From IMG/VR virus record IMGVR_UViG_3300046542_000291, positions 246,397 to 310,396 of that record: a stretch of DNA of 64,000 nucleotides; one strand, given 5' to 3'. The notes beneath the pieces were generated by a model that saw only the letters and a list, made by a program, of their open reading frames with translations, was not told the DNA's origin and did no database searches. The translations under genes were made by a program, and so were the position numbers. Positions 7,203-16,906 of this stretch are shown one piece after another (positions within the stretch are counted from its first letter, which is position 1; the number at the start of each line of letters is the position of its first letter).

Positions 7203-8829
7203 CGTCTGTCCTTCTTGTTGCAATGATCCCTGAGTTGAGAATGTTGAAAGGACCGTAGAACTTTCCGTTCATGTAACGACCCACGTACTTGTCCATTTCC
7301 TTACGGGCAGTCGTGACGTCATTCTGGAAGATCACACCGGACTTATACGTGTCAACGTCTTTGGTCCAGTCGGTCGTCCCTTCACCCGGACATTCTGGGG
7401 AAGCATATCGTTCTTTCGCAGTAGCCCCCAGCAACTTCATTTCCGAGATAGGCTTACGCCCTACAGAAACGTTGAAGAGTCGGCACAGGTTCCAGAACAC
7501 CGTCGGGTAACGACGCAAACATTGGAACGTGCTATCCGGAACAGCCCACCAGTTCACATCCACAGAAATCTGCAGGTGATAGTAAAGTGTCGGGTCAAGA
7601 TCAGCTGGAGCACGAACAGCCAATGTGACCGGATCAATCTCCAGTGCTACACGCATCCGCTCATTGTTCTGGTAAAGCCAGAAGTTGAACAACCCACCTG
7701 GTCGTTGAATAGCCTTTGAACCCACGGTTGCAAAGTACTCCAGGAACCACTCAGTGAATTCCCAGTCGCCCAGATCGGTAAGGTGCAGCAGTGTCCGTAG
7801 ATCGGACTTCTCCAAGACACACAACCCACAGTAGAACGTAAACGATTCCCGGGGCTTGTCGTTGGTCGTCCAATCATTCACCGCTGGATACTGAACGTAC
7901 TCGATGCCGTGTGGTCGAGGCAGAATAACCGAATGGTCCAACGGGCCACGGATGGCAGTTGTCTTCCGATCGATCTGCTGGTAGTTCGAGTAAGGAGCCT
8001 TTGGCCAGAACATGTCATGCATCGGGTTCTGGTGAGCAACCAATGGATAACGGCAATACAGGTGGGTCGGACGATCGTAACGCATAGTGAAGGTTACAGT
8101 CGAGGTGTAGGCACCTGCCCCATCCGACGTCTGTACTGGAGCATCTGGACCCGCCGTAAAGTCAAACCAACCAACAATGTCCACCTGGTGCTCGCGGATA
8201 GCGGGTTCCTGGTGGGTGTTGATCAGTGTGGCGATCTCAGTGTTGTTTTGCCAGAAGCGTCCAGAGAAGTATTCCTCCCACGTTTCATCGATTGGCCACT
8301 CACTGCACTGGATCGTGTCGTAAACGCCTCTGATGATTGCCTGGAGAGGCTTAGGGACCATGTAGTGGTACTTAACGCCAAAGGTGTACTCCGCGCCACC
8401 ACGAGACAACCGAATACGCTGATCATCCAACCAACGCTTGGCATGAACCACGCCGCTGGCTTGATACTCAATGTCAACTCGGAAGTCTACGTAACGTCGA
8501 ACCGGTGTAACCGTTACGTCACGGATTGGGTCTTCCCACACCTTTAAGTTGAGGTGGGTATTAACAGCGGAGGTTAAGGTAAACCCTTCATCTGCAATCT
8601 CCGTGTAACGGACAACCATGCGTGCTTCTGGGTCATAATGAATCTTTGTTTTGCAGCAGCCTCCAAACGTGCCGTCATCCATTGGAACTTTGTCGGTTTC
8701 TCCTGGGAGATACACAACCGTGTCTTCTGGAATCGTCATGGCCCGGGACAGCTGGCTCATCACATCCACAGCCACACGTCGCTCGATGGACTCAGAGGTG
8801 TCTGGAAGGACTATTAATGCATGGGGCAT
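7180..8829 (-). CDS. virion structural protein (phiKZ gp98-like)
   Basis: 549-aa ORF with GAGGA SD; assignment by synteny. Confidence 0.6.
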   Translation of the reverse strand: MPHALIVLPDTSESIERRVAVDVMSQLSRAMTIPEDTVVYLPGETDKVPMDDGTFGGCCKTKIHYDPEARMVVRYTEIADEGFTLTSAVNTHLNLKVWEDPIRDVTVTPVRRYVDFRVDIEYQASGVVHAKRWLDDQRIRLSRGGAEYTFGVKYHYMVPKPLQAIIRGVYDTIQCSEWPIDETWEEYFSGRFWQNNTEIATLINTHQEPAIREHQVDIVGWFDFTAGPDAPVQTSDGAGAYTSTVTFTMRYDRPTHLYCRYPLVAHQNPMHDMFWPKAPYSNYQQIDRKTTAIRGPLDHSVILPRPHGIEYVQYPAVNDWTTNDKPRESFTFYCGLCVLEKSDLRTLLHLTDLGDWEFTEWFLEYFATVGSKAIQRPGGLFNFWLYQNNERMRVALEIDPVTLAVRAPADLDPTLYYHLQISVDVNWWAVPDSTFQCLRRYPTVFWNLCRLFNVSVGRKPISEMKLLGATAKERYASPECPGEGTTDWTKDVDTYKSGVIFQNDVTTARKEMDKYVGRYMNGKFYGPFNILNSGIIATRRTDDGNYQES

Positions 8830-8871
8830 GTCTAATCCTCATGTTAGTAAGTTCATAAGATCCGGCATAAA

Positions 8872-8889
8872 GCCTCCCCGAAGGGAGGC
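8872..8889 (-). terminator. intrinsic terminator, cUUCGg
   Basis: gcctccc-cgaa-gggaggc followed by TTTATGCCG on the minus strand. Confidence 0.8.
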
Positions 8890-8896
8890 CGTATGT

Positions 8897-11218
8897 TTAC
8901 TTGGCTACTCGACCAGTCACGCTCAGAACAGCGCGAACCAGATCGATGATGCGTTCCTGGAACAACCCGTAGGTTTCCAAGGAAGCCGAAGTGCACCACC
9001 AGGCTTGAGACATGAGCTCTTCCAAAGCCTTAGTGCCGCGCTTAACTTCAGCAGCTTCACCAGCCTTCTTGTTAGCCATGTCGCTTTCGGTGCCACTGCG
9101 GTTGATGCTGTCGATTGCAGCAACCAACTTCTTGCCCATTACGCTCGAGGTAGCGTTGGACAGACCGACCAGAACCTTACACAGTTGCAGAAGCTTGACC
9201 ACGTCAGCTTTCTTCAGCGAAGCCGAGGAGTGGCCGTTAGGGTTCTCCAGGTAATCGCACTGTGGCATCACCCGCTTACGCAGGGACTTCATGTCAGCAA
9301 CCAGATCACCAGTCGCTTTCAGTTCAGGCTTGACGATTTCGAAGCCGCCTTTGAAGGTCCACACAGACGCAGGGTACTTGGTGTATGGAGCAGCCAGCTT
9401 CAGTGCCTTGTTGGCAGCCGCGGCAGCTTTGGTACCGTCAGGAGCCGAGATACCTTCCTTCACACATGCGATGAGGCTTTCGATGTAAACCGAATCCGCC
9501 TTGAAGACAGAGCTACCCATCTCGGTCAACGCTTTCAGTTCACCAGTGATACCTTTGATCACGCCGTCGTTGAAGTGCAAGACAGCGGGCAGGAGTTTGA
9601 CTTCCAGTTCCGATTCCATCTTCGCTTCGCCGATCTTGGTGATCTGCAGGTCCAGCTTCTTGTTCAGCGCATCGATCTCGGCTTGTGGAGCCTTGAGGTG
9701 CATCTTGTCGTTCATTTTCTTGGCGAACGCATCGACCATGTTCTTACGAGCATGCTTCAGGCGTTTCCAGAACTCACCGAAGGATTCCAAGGAAGCCTTG
9801 TAGTGGTCTTCGATGTTGGCCGCGCTGTAGGATTCCACGGATGGAACCACTGGAGAATGGTTGCCCATTGCTTTGGCCAGGCTCAACATTTTCTCGGTGG
9901 CCAAGGCCATCGTTTGGTTGCTGAACTCTTTGTTACGGATGCCGTAACTCAGAACCCCCATGAAGTGCTCGACTGCGGCGGTTTCTTCGTCGACTTCGTT
10001 GATCGATTTGCTGGTGTCGATGATTTCATCTTCCAGCTTCTCGTCTTCTTCAACCTTGTCGTCCGCAGTGATCTCGGCGTCGGCTACGTCTTCGTCAGTG
10101 GTTTCGGTGTCCACATCGGGTACGTCGATATCGCCGTTTGCCAGATCTTCTTCGGCTTGGGCGTCTTCTTCAGGCGTGGTTTCTTCTTCGCCTTCCGTTT
10201 CACCTTCACCTTCACCCGCGTCTTCGCCGCCTTCGTCACCACCCTCGGCGTCACCAGCTTCTGCATCGCCGCCTGCATCAGCTCCGGCATCGCCATCAGC
10301 TGCATTGGCGTCGTCACCGGTAGCTTCACCGCCACTATCGGCACTTGCATCATCACCACCAAAGTCACCACCGGCATCAGCGCCGGTATCTACATCACCC
10401 GTTGCATCAGCGGCTGCATCGCCATCGGTACCCGCATCTGCGTCAGTACCAGCAGCGGTATCGTCAGCACCGGTATCGGTACCAGCGTCGTCACCGGCCG
10501 CAGCCGAGTCATCACCCGCAACGGCGTCAGCTGCTACATCAGGTTCAGCTTCGCCAGTAGTGCCTTCTGCGCCAGCATCGTCGGATGTACCTGCCGAATC
10601 ACCAGCGTCCCCGCCCACGCTATCGCCACCGCCAAAATCATCACTGCCGCCGTCACCCAGACCGCTATCGCTGCCAGTCCCAGTGTCATCAGCGCCAGAA
10701 GCATCTGCGCCCAGATCACCAGATGCTTCACCACCGGTGTCACCACCCAGATCCGCTCCATCATCGCCACCTTCGGCGCCTGCGCCGTTGTCGGTACCGC
10801 CTTCGGGAATAGCGTCGATGTCACCACCAACTGCTTCCGCATCAGCAGCATCACCTTCAGTAACACCTGCGTCAGCTGCAGCAGGGGCATCACCCTCGGT
10901 CGAACCCGGGGCCACGTCTGCCGTTTCAATAACAGCAGCTTGTTGTTCGGTCACTTGCTGGGCTTGTTGTTCAGCTTGAGCATGTGCCGGATCTTCCTGG
11001 GCTTGAGCAGCTTGCGCTTCGTCAGCCGAGGCAATCAGATCTGGAGCCGATTCAGTCGGAACTTCCATGGAGGTCGGAGCTTGTTCGGTTGGCAGGGCAG
11101 CAGGAACTGCGCCCGCTACTGGTGCTACGGCACCTTCGTTGTGAGCCAGCGGAGCACCAGCAGGTGCCTGGTCGACGTACTCTTCGAACGCAGGCAGATA
11201 CCGTGTAATATTCATCAT
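8897..11218 (-). CDS. internal head (inner-body) protein with a very long acidic propeptide
   Basis: D/E/G/A-rich region over residues 7-387; S/A/G-x-E sites (AFE, SME, SVE, SLE) match phiKZ prohead protease specificity. Confidence 0.75.
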   Translation of the reverse strand: MMNITRYLPAFEEYVDQAPAGAPLAHNEGAVAPVAGAVPAALPTEQAPTSMEVPTESAPDLIASADEAQAAQAQEDPAHAQAEQQAQQVTEQQAAVIETADVAPGSTEGDAPAAADAGVTEGDAADAEAVGGDIDAIPEGGTDNGAGAEGGDDGADLGGDTGGEASGDLGADASGADDTGTGSDSGLGDGGSDDFGGGDSVGGDAGDSAGTSDDAGAEGTTGEAEPDVAADAVAGDDSAAAGDDAGTDTGADDTAAGTDADAGTDGDAAADATGDVDTGADAGGDFGGDDASADSGGEATGDDANAADGDAGADAGGDAEAGDAEGGDEGGEDAGEGEGETEGEEETTPEEDAQAEEDLANGDIDVPDVDTETTDEDVADAEITADDKVEEDEKLEDEIIDTSKSINEVDEETAAVEHFMGVLSYGIRNKEFSNQTMALATEKMLSLAKAMGNHSPVVPSVESYSAANIEDHYKASLESFGEFWKRLKHARKNMVDAFAKKMNDKMHLKAPQAEIDALNKKLDLQITKIGEAKMESELEVKLLPAVLHFNDGVIKGITGELKALTEMGSSVFKADSVYIESLIACVKEGISAPDGTKAAAAANKALKLAAPYTKYPASVWTFKGGFEIVKPELKATGDLVADMKSLRKRVMPQCDYLENPNGHSSASLKKADVVKLLQLCKVLVGLSNATSSVMGKKLVAAIDSINRSGTESDMANKKAGEAAEVKRGTKALEELMSQAWWCTSASLETYGLFQERIIDLVRAVLSVTGRVAK

Positions 11219-11309
11219 TTTTTGTTACCTTCTGTACAGACGGAATTTCGGCTATGTCGTTCGTCCTTAACATAGCCTCGACAATTGGACGAAACGTCGT
11301 TTCAAAGGA

Positions 11310-12533
11310 TTACGTAAGATTACCTTCACAAACGTTAGTAGCCGCTTTCAGATCTCGGAGAACATACGAGTAGAAACCGATGTATGGATCAATGACCCAA
11401 CTAACGTAAGTTTCAATCACAGCTACCAATGCACGGCTCTCTTCTTCTGAACGCAGACCTGGTACCGGGTTCTGGATTTGGTCACGGATACGTTCAATAG
11501 CAGACAACAGGGAGTTCATGCGGTTACGTCGAGCATTACGCTTCGACATATTGTTCGAGTCCAGCAACAACCGACCGACTTGTTCGATACGTTGAACAAT
11601 GGTGTTCCACATGGAGTAGCTGAAGTACTCGAAGTGAATTTCTGCGGGCATGGGTTCAGGTTCTGGAATAGAAGGCATCAGTTCTACCGACATCCCACGA
11701 ATGCGTTCATCACTCGTACCGTTCTGTCCATCGTCATGGATAACCAACTTGTGGTTGCCCATCAGGTGCATGGATTCCTGGCGACCATTACGTTCACGCC
11801 AAACAGAACCTTGAACCATTTGCAGTGGATTAACGGCAAGGATCTGATCGGAAACTGTTTCCAACGTACCGTTGGAGTTAGCCAACGTTACGACGCTGTT
11901 CACCGGAACCAGTACGCCTTCTTGGTGCGTGGTGAAGTAGCACTTGGAAACGGCATACAAAACAGACAGGGAGTTCAGCAGTGTCGTTGCATCCTTAATA
12001 GGGCGGTATTTGACACACAGGTTAGGGATACGCGATTCGATGGAGAATTCACGGGCCGTAGAGCTACGCTTACCCCCACTGGATCGAGCGATCTCTTTCA
12101 ACTGTTCCAATTTGACAAACATCATGTCAGTGGATACCGACAGACGCAATTCAGAGTCGTTGAACAACTTCAACCAACGCTTGATCATGGCGATCAAACG
12201 GTTAAGCAATTGCAGCAGTGAATCCCCGAATCCTTCCAGACCAATGTTGGCATGGAGGTATTGCAACTCACGTTGAATAGGGGTGTACCATTCCAAACTA
12301 CCCAGCTCATCGGAAAGGATATCTGGGTCATCGGTACTTGCCAACAGATCAGCCAAAGCTTCCGCTGTGTCCTGTTGATCTTTCACTACACCTTCGTTGA
12401 GCATTTGTGTTGCGTTGCTGGCTTTCTCGGCAGCTAACGACGTAGCTACTTCTTCACGGTAGCGGGCCATCCATTGCTCACGGGTTTCTCCCCGCCGCTC
12501 TTCAGCGCGCTTCAAACGTTCTTCAAAATCCAT
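11310..12533 (-). CDS. virion/head protein (probable start MDFEERL)
   Basis: AGGAG SD; SLE and GLE sites followed by an amphipathic helix (LLNRLIAMIKRWLKLF) like neighbouring head paralogs. Confidence 0.65.
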   Translation of the reverse strand: MDFEERLKRAEERRGETREQWMARYREEVATSLAAEKASNATQMLNEGVVKDQQDTAEALADLLASTDDPDILSDELGSLEWYTPIQRELQYLHANIGLEGFGDSLLQLLNRLIAMIKRWLKLFNDSELRLSVSTDMMFVKLEQLKEIARSSGGKRSSTAREFSIESRIPNLCVKYRPIKDATTLLNSLSVLYAVSKCYFTTHQEGVLVPVNSVVTLANSNGTLETVSDQILAVNPLQMVQGSVWRERNGRQESMHLMGNHKLVIHDDGQNGTSDERIRGMSVELMPSIPEPEPMPAEIHFEYFSYSMWNTIVQRIEQVGRLLLDSNNMSKRNARRNRMNSLLSAIERIRDQIQNPVPGLRSEEESRALVAVIETYVSWVIDPYIGFYSYVLRDLKAATNVCEGNLT

Positions 12534-12550
12534 AGGAACTCCTAACATAA

Positions 12551-12574
12551 GACGGAGCTCTTTCGAGCCCCGTC
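12551..12574 (-). terminator. hairpin (GAAA loop) immediately followed by TATGTTA
   Basis: Minus strand GACGGGGCTC-GAAA-GAGCTCCGTC-TTATGTTAG. Confidence 0.6.
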
Positions 12575-12580
12575 CGATGA

Positions 12581-14113
12581 TTATGCCTTCGCGACTTGTT
12601 TGTCGTTCTGAGCACCGCTACCCATCTCAGCCAGGCACAGGTCAACGTAAGCCGACGTGGTACGAGCAACGTACTTCACGATCTCAGCATTACGTGGGTT
12701 GGTCTTGTGCAGGATGGACATGGCAGCCGAAACAACAGCGCCAGCTTCAGACTTGGACTTCTCGTCCAGTTCACCACTTTCAGCAGCCTTCTCGATCTTC
12801 TCGATAGCCTGGGAAACCTTCTCGGCCGAGGCAGCGATCTTGTCGCTTTCAGCTTTGACTTGTTTCAGGGTGTTGCAGACTTCACGCATGGTGCCCAGGT
12901 CAGCCTTGATGGTCGAACCAGAGCGAGCAGCCACTTCGGCGTCACCAGCTTCAGCGCTACCACCAGCTTGCTTCATGCCGTAGGTCATGCCATCGTTGGC
13001 CACGTCCAGCTGCATGTTGCCAGGGTAAACAGTAGCGTCACTGATCAGTTCGTCCAGAGGGCGAGCCGCAGTGGCGATGTGATCGATCACGTCAGCGGAG
13101 TTACCCGAGGACACGTCGTATTGACCCAGGGTCGAGGCCAGGGCGTCGTAGAACGAGATCATGGCTTTCGGGTAGACACTGGAACCAAAGGTCGCCATAC
13201 CAGCCAGAGCTTTCGGATAGGTCGGATTGATCTTGCCACCGACGTTGATCTTCTCAGGGCTCGGTACTTTCACCTTACCTGTAACGGCAGGTTTGGAACC
13301 CAGTTCGCCAGCGCGGGCTTCAGCTTTCTGCAGCTTCGATTCCAGGCCAGTGATACCTTGCATGAACTGCTCGGTGAACTCTTTAGCCTTGGCCCACATT
13401 TCTTTCAGCCAGGCAATGACCTTGGCACCTGCTTCTTTGATCTTGTCTTTCAAACCACCAGGCTTGACGTTGGACGGTTGGATAGCCGAACGAGGCTCAG
13501 CATCCATGTCTTCCAGGCCAACAGTCAGGTCGGACGTACCGAGTACGCGGTTGCAGTGTTCCAGGCCTACACGCATGAATGCGGCAGCTTGCTTGGAGAT
13601 ACCGTCACGACCGGCTTGTTTGATCAGAGCAACGTATTGCTCCATCGATTCACGGACTTCCAGAACTTGACCGATCTGGTTGTTGATGTGACTTTGCTCA
13701 GCCAACGGGGCACCCATCATTTCGAGGGTGTTGTCACTGTCGAGCGGAGCGTCGATGATCAGGCCCGATTGCTCAGGGGTAGGGATGACATCGGCAGCAG
13801 GAACTTCTGGTTCGCCTTCAGCACCAGCTGGGATGATCGCACCGGCGTCTGGAACTGGTGTAGGGATCGGCAATTCAGCAGGAGCGGCAATCACTGGAGC
13901 AGCAACTGCGGATGGAACGAAAGCTGGAGGCATCTCACCGTGTTCATCGGTAGGAACCATGGTACCTTGCACGCCATCGACGTTGGTAACGATTTGTGGA
14001 TCGACGACATCACCATCGACCGCGGCAGCTACTGCTGGAGCGATGGGGGCTTCTTCGTAATCTTCGAGGCCTTTCTTAAGGGCTCCGTAGCGGGACATGT
14101 TGAGACCGGCCAT
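12581..14113 (-). CDS. phiKZ-like internal head protein paralog (probable start MAGLNMSRY)
   Basis: AAGGA SD; acidic Pro-rich propeptide; shared motif SMEQYVALIKQAGRDGISKQAAAFM...GLED. Confidence 0.75.
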   Translation of the reverse strand: MAGLNMSRYGALKKGLEDYEEAPIAPAVAAAVDGDVVDPQIVTNVDGVQGTMVPTDEHGEMPPAFVPSAVAAPVIAAPAELPIPTPVPDAGAIIPAGAEGEPEVPAADVIPTPEQSGLIIDAPLDSDNTLEMMGAPLAEQSHINNQIGQVLEVRESMEQYVALIKQAGRDGISKQAAAFMRVGLEHCNRVLGTSDLTVGLEDMDAEPRSAIQPSNVKPGGLKDKIKEAGAKVIAWLKEMWAKAKEFTEQFMQGITGLESKLQKAEARAGELGSKPAVTGKVKVPSPEKINVGGKINPTYPKALAGMATFGSSVYPKAMISFYDALASTLGQYDVSSGNSADVIDHIATAARPLDELISDATVYPGNMQLDVANDGMTYGMKQAGGSAEAGDAEVAARSGSTIKADLGTMREVCNTLKQVKAESDKIAASAEKVSQAIEKIEKAAESGELDEKSKSEAGAVVSAAMSILHKTNPRNAEIVKYVARTTSAYVDLCLAEMGSGAQNDKQVAKA

Positions 14114-14186
14114 GTTGCATTTTCCTTCATGAAGGTGGAATTCGGAGTTAATTGCAATTAACATAGCATTACGTAAGAGACGGCAT

Positions 14187-14209
14187 AAGGGCCCCACACG
14201 GGGACCCTT
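14187..14209 (-). terminator. intrinsic terminator-like hairpin
   Basis: aagggcccc-acac-ggggaccctt followed by ATGCCG on the minus strand. Confidence 0.6.
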
Positions 14210-14226
14210 GTGTTTGAACAACCGAA

Positions 14227-15618
14227 TTACTCAGTGAGTTCTTTCCGCGACAGCATGGCACCAAACATGGCGAGCTGCTCATCTGCAACGTGGACGCAGT
14301 GATCGAAGACATGACGCAGGCCATTCGGGCTCAGTGCAGTCAACGCTTTACCCAGCGAAGAGATACCGTCAGTCAGTTCCTGAGGTGCGCGGTTCTCTTT
14401 ACCGAAACGCATGGTCAGTTCACCTTCCTTCTTGGCGAAGGCATCGCCCAGTTCTTTCAACATGGTGTTGATGAAACCGGTGGTGGAACGCGATTCACCA
14501 ACAGCCTTTACCAGGGCCTTGATTTTCTTGTTCGCAGCCAAGATCTCAGCGTGAGACAGAACAGCAATCTCGGAAGGACCTTGGTTGTAGTTATCCGTGT
14601 TGAGCGAGATACCTACGCCATTGACAAGTTCACCCAGGGTAAAACCACCACCCATGACATCACCTGGTACTTCACCCAGGCCAGCTGCCGAGACGGCTTT
14701 CTCGAGTGCCTCTTGACCGTACGAGGAATTGAGGTTATCGGCATTGGCTGCCATGATCGAGGACTTCAGCGAGTCACCGAACTTCTTCATTGCTGGCAGG
14801 TAGGTGCCACTCAACCAACCAACGACCGCGGTTTCACCGGCCATGTCACTGAGTTCATCACCCTTGGCAAACATGACGTTACGACCGTGTGCTGGAATGC
14901 TGGATGGTTTACCTTTGGCGCCTTCTTCTTCCGGTGCAGCTGCGGCTTTATCAACAGCCACTGCCTTCTGAAGAACGGCGTCGGTCTTCGAGAAGAACTT
15001 CTCGTACCAAGCAGCGAACTTCTCACGGAGAGCCTGAAAGATCTCAACGATTTTCTTACCGGCTTCGGCAAGCTTCTCTTTCAGGTCTTCCAGGGAAACG
15101 GTGGTATTGCTGGCAGCAGAGCGTGGAGTGGCATCGAATGCTTCCAGACCCAGTGACTTCTTGTCGCCCAGGATACGGTCAACGCGCTTCATGCCGACAG
15201 CCATGAATGCAGCCGATTGCTTGGAGATACCTTTACTACCCGCTTGCTTGAGCAGGCCGACGTACGCTTCCAGTGTGGACTGAGCTTCGCCCAGTTCTTC
15301 ACTGCGTTGTTCGTCTTCCAAGTAGGCTTCTTCTTCAGCCAGTTCTTCTTCGCTGTCTTGGCGTGGATCAACGAATGGGAAATCGTCTTGGCCTTCTGGT
15401 GGAACGCCCGCAGCCAATGGATCGCCTTCAGCAACACCAGCACCTTCCTGGATTACACCAGTGGTCTCGTTGCTTTGTTCGCCACCATCGGCATCGACGA
15501 TCAGGTTCTCTGGAATACCGAATGTAGCACCTACGCCATCGGCGGAAATGTCATTGGTCAGAGTATCAGGCAAACTGTCAAAAGACTCGTTGCCCAGGTA
15601 AGTTTTCAGGTTAAGCAT
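14227..15618 (-). CDS. phiKZ-like internal head protein paralog
   Basis: Motif TLEAYVGLLKQAGSKGISKQSAAFM...GLEAF...SLED. Confidence 0.75.
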   Translation of the reverse strand: MLNLKTYLGNESFDSLPDTLTNDISADGVGATFGIPENLIVDADGGEQSNETTGVIQEGAGVAEGDPLAAGVPPEGQDDFPFVDPRQDSEEELAEEEAYLEDEQRSEELGEAQSTLEAYVGLLKQAGSKGISKQSAAFMAVGMKRVDRILGDKKSLGLEAFDATPRSAASNTTVSLEDLKEKLAEAGKKIVEIFQALREKFAAWYEKFFSKTDAVLQKAVAVDKAAAAPEEEGAKGKPSSIPAHGRNVMFAKGDELSDMAGETAVVGWLSGTYLPAMKKFGDSLKSSIMAANADNLNSSYGQEALEKAVSAAGLGEVPGDVMGGGFTLGELVNGVGISLNTDNYNQGPSEIAVLSHAEILAANKKIKALVKAVGESRSTTGFINTMLKELGDAFAKKEGELTMRFGKENRAPQELTDGISSLGKALTALSPNGLRHVFDHCVHVADEQLAMFGAMLSRKELTE

Positions 15619-15685
15619 GTTGGAGCGCCTCGTAACAAAATTCTTGATAACATAAGATCAGGAACCGCAGCTCCTGACCGAATGT

Positions 15686-16906
15686 TTAATTGATTTCTTG
15701 CTGGCAGTACAGCACGTAAGCAGTCAAGACTTGCATGATGTAAGCGTACAGTTTCCGGTTCGCTTCGATCGCAGGCTTGAACTTAGTGATGGCTGCCGCT
15801 GACCCAGAATAGTCAACTGGTTGGCCGTTATCATCAACGACTTCGACCTTCTCGCCGAAACCATCAAGCAATTGAACGATGGCCTTTTCGATTGGCTCAC
15901 CATCCCACTGCAATTTACCCAACAGCTTCTCAACTTCATTGAGAGTCTTGTTGATTGCAGCGTTATCACGAACAGGGCACTCAGGCTCGACGCTGTCGTC
16001 GTCTTCGTAAGCCAGTACCAGGGCCACGCCATCCTGATCCAAACGCCAGTTACCTGGGAGAATGGTATTCAGATTGAAGCGGAAGTCGATACGCGCTTCA
16101 CTGCCATCGGCGGAAGCTTCAATAGCGCGGGTGACAGCTTCAGGATAACCTTTGTTAACAAAGGCAATAAGATTCTCGAGCGAGGTAAGATCCCCATCGA
16201 ACTTTCCTTTAATGCAGGTGAAGCGAGCGACTTTCTGGAATGGAACAATCCGGCGCTGGCCTTTAGGACCGTTTGGACCTTTCGAAGTCTTTACGGACTC
16301 GCGTGTCTGAGCGATGTTTTCTTTGAGGCGTTCTTTTTTATCGGTCAACCGATCCCACAACTTCTTGCCTTCTTCGATCAGTTTGTTGATCCAGGCTTTC
16401 AGTTGGTCGATGATCTTCTTCAGCATGCTGTCCGACTTACCTTGATCGACATTGACGGCAGACTTGTTCGACCGGTTGTCGATCTTGTCTACAGCGAAGT
16501 CTTCCAGGGCAGCCATCATTGAGGTAGTACCGATGAGCTTCTCGATACGTTCCAGCCCGATGCGCATCATGGCAGCCGATTGACCGGAGATACCATCGTG
16601 ACCCGCTTGACGGATCAGACTACGGTAGCCTTCCATGGTGACGATAGCGTCAGCCAGTTGGTCAACCTGATCGGACGCTTCTGCTTCAGCCAACTCAGGT
16701 TGGATAGCGAGGGAATCGTACAGTGGGTTGTTGGTTGGCAACATGCTGGTTGGAATCTGGGTAGCGCCGATCTGATCTTCAGGAAGCATCTGGCCAGTGC
16801 CTGCAGGTGTTTGTTGATACGCGGAGTGATCACTCGCAGCGATCTCTTCTTCGGTTGGGTAATGCAACCCACCGTCGAATGCGGGGAGTACTGGGTCCAT
16901 TGTCAT
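15686..16906 (-). CDS. phiKZ-like internal head protein paralog
   Basis: Motif TMEGYRSLIRQAGHDGISGQSAAMM...ALEDF. Confidence 0.75.
   Translation of the reverse strand: MTMDPVLPAFDGGLHYPTEEEIAASDHSAYQQTPAGTGQMLPEDQIGATQIPTSMLPTNNPLYDSLAIQPELAEAEASDQVDQLADAIVTMEGYRSLIRQAGHDGISGQSAAMMRIGLERIEKLIGTTSMMAALEDFAVDKIDNRSNKSAVNVDQGKSDSMLKKIIDQLKAWINKLIEEGKKLWDRLTDKKERLKENIAQTRESVKTSKGPNGPKGQRRIVPFQKVARFTCIKGKFDGDLTSLENLIAFVNKGYPEAVTRAIEASADGSEARIDFRFNLNTILPGNWRLDQDGVALVLAYEDDDSVEPECPVRDNAAINKTLNEVEKLLGKLQWDGEPIEKAIVQLLDGFGEKVEVVDDNGQPVDYSGSAAAITKFKPAIEANRKLYAYIMQVLTAYVLYCQQEIN

Noticed and set aside
10200-10900. Nucleotide tandem repeat or satellite
   Set aside because: The repetitiveness is explained by Gly/Asp/Ala codons; there is no exact periodic unit.
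8651-11275. Long antisense ORFs (e.g. 8651..11275+, 12596..14161+, 23647..26007-, 51246..52940+)
   Set aside because: They mirror real genes in the antiparallel frame, as expected from strongly biased codon usage with few TTA/CTA/TCA codons. They have no SD or recognisable motifs.
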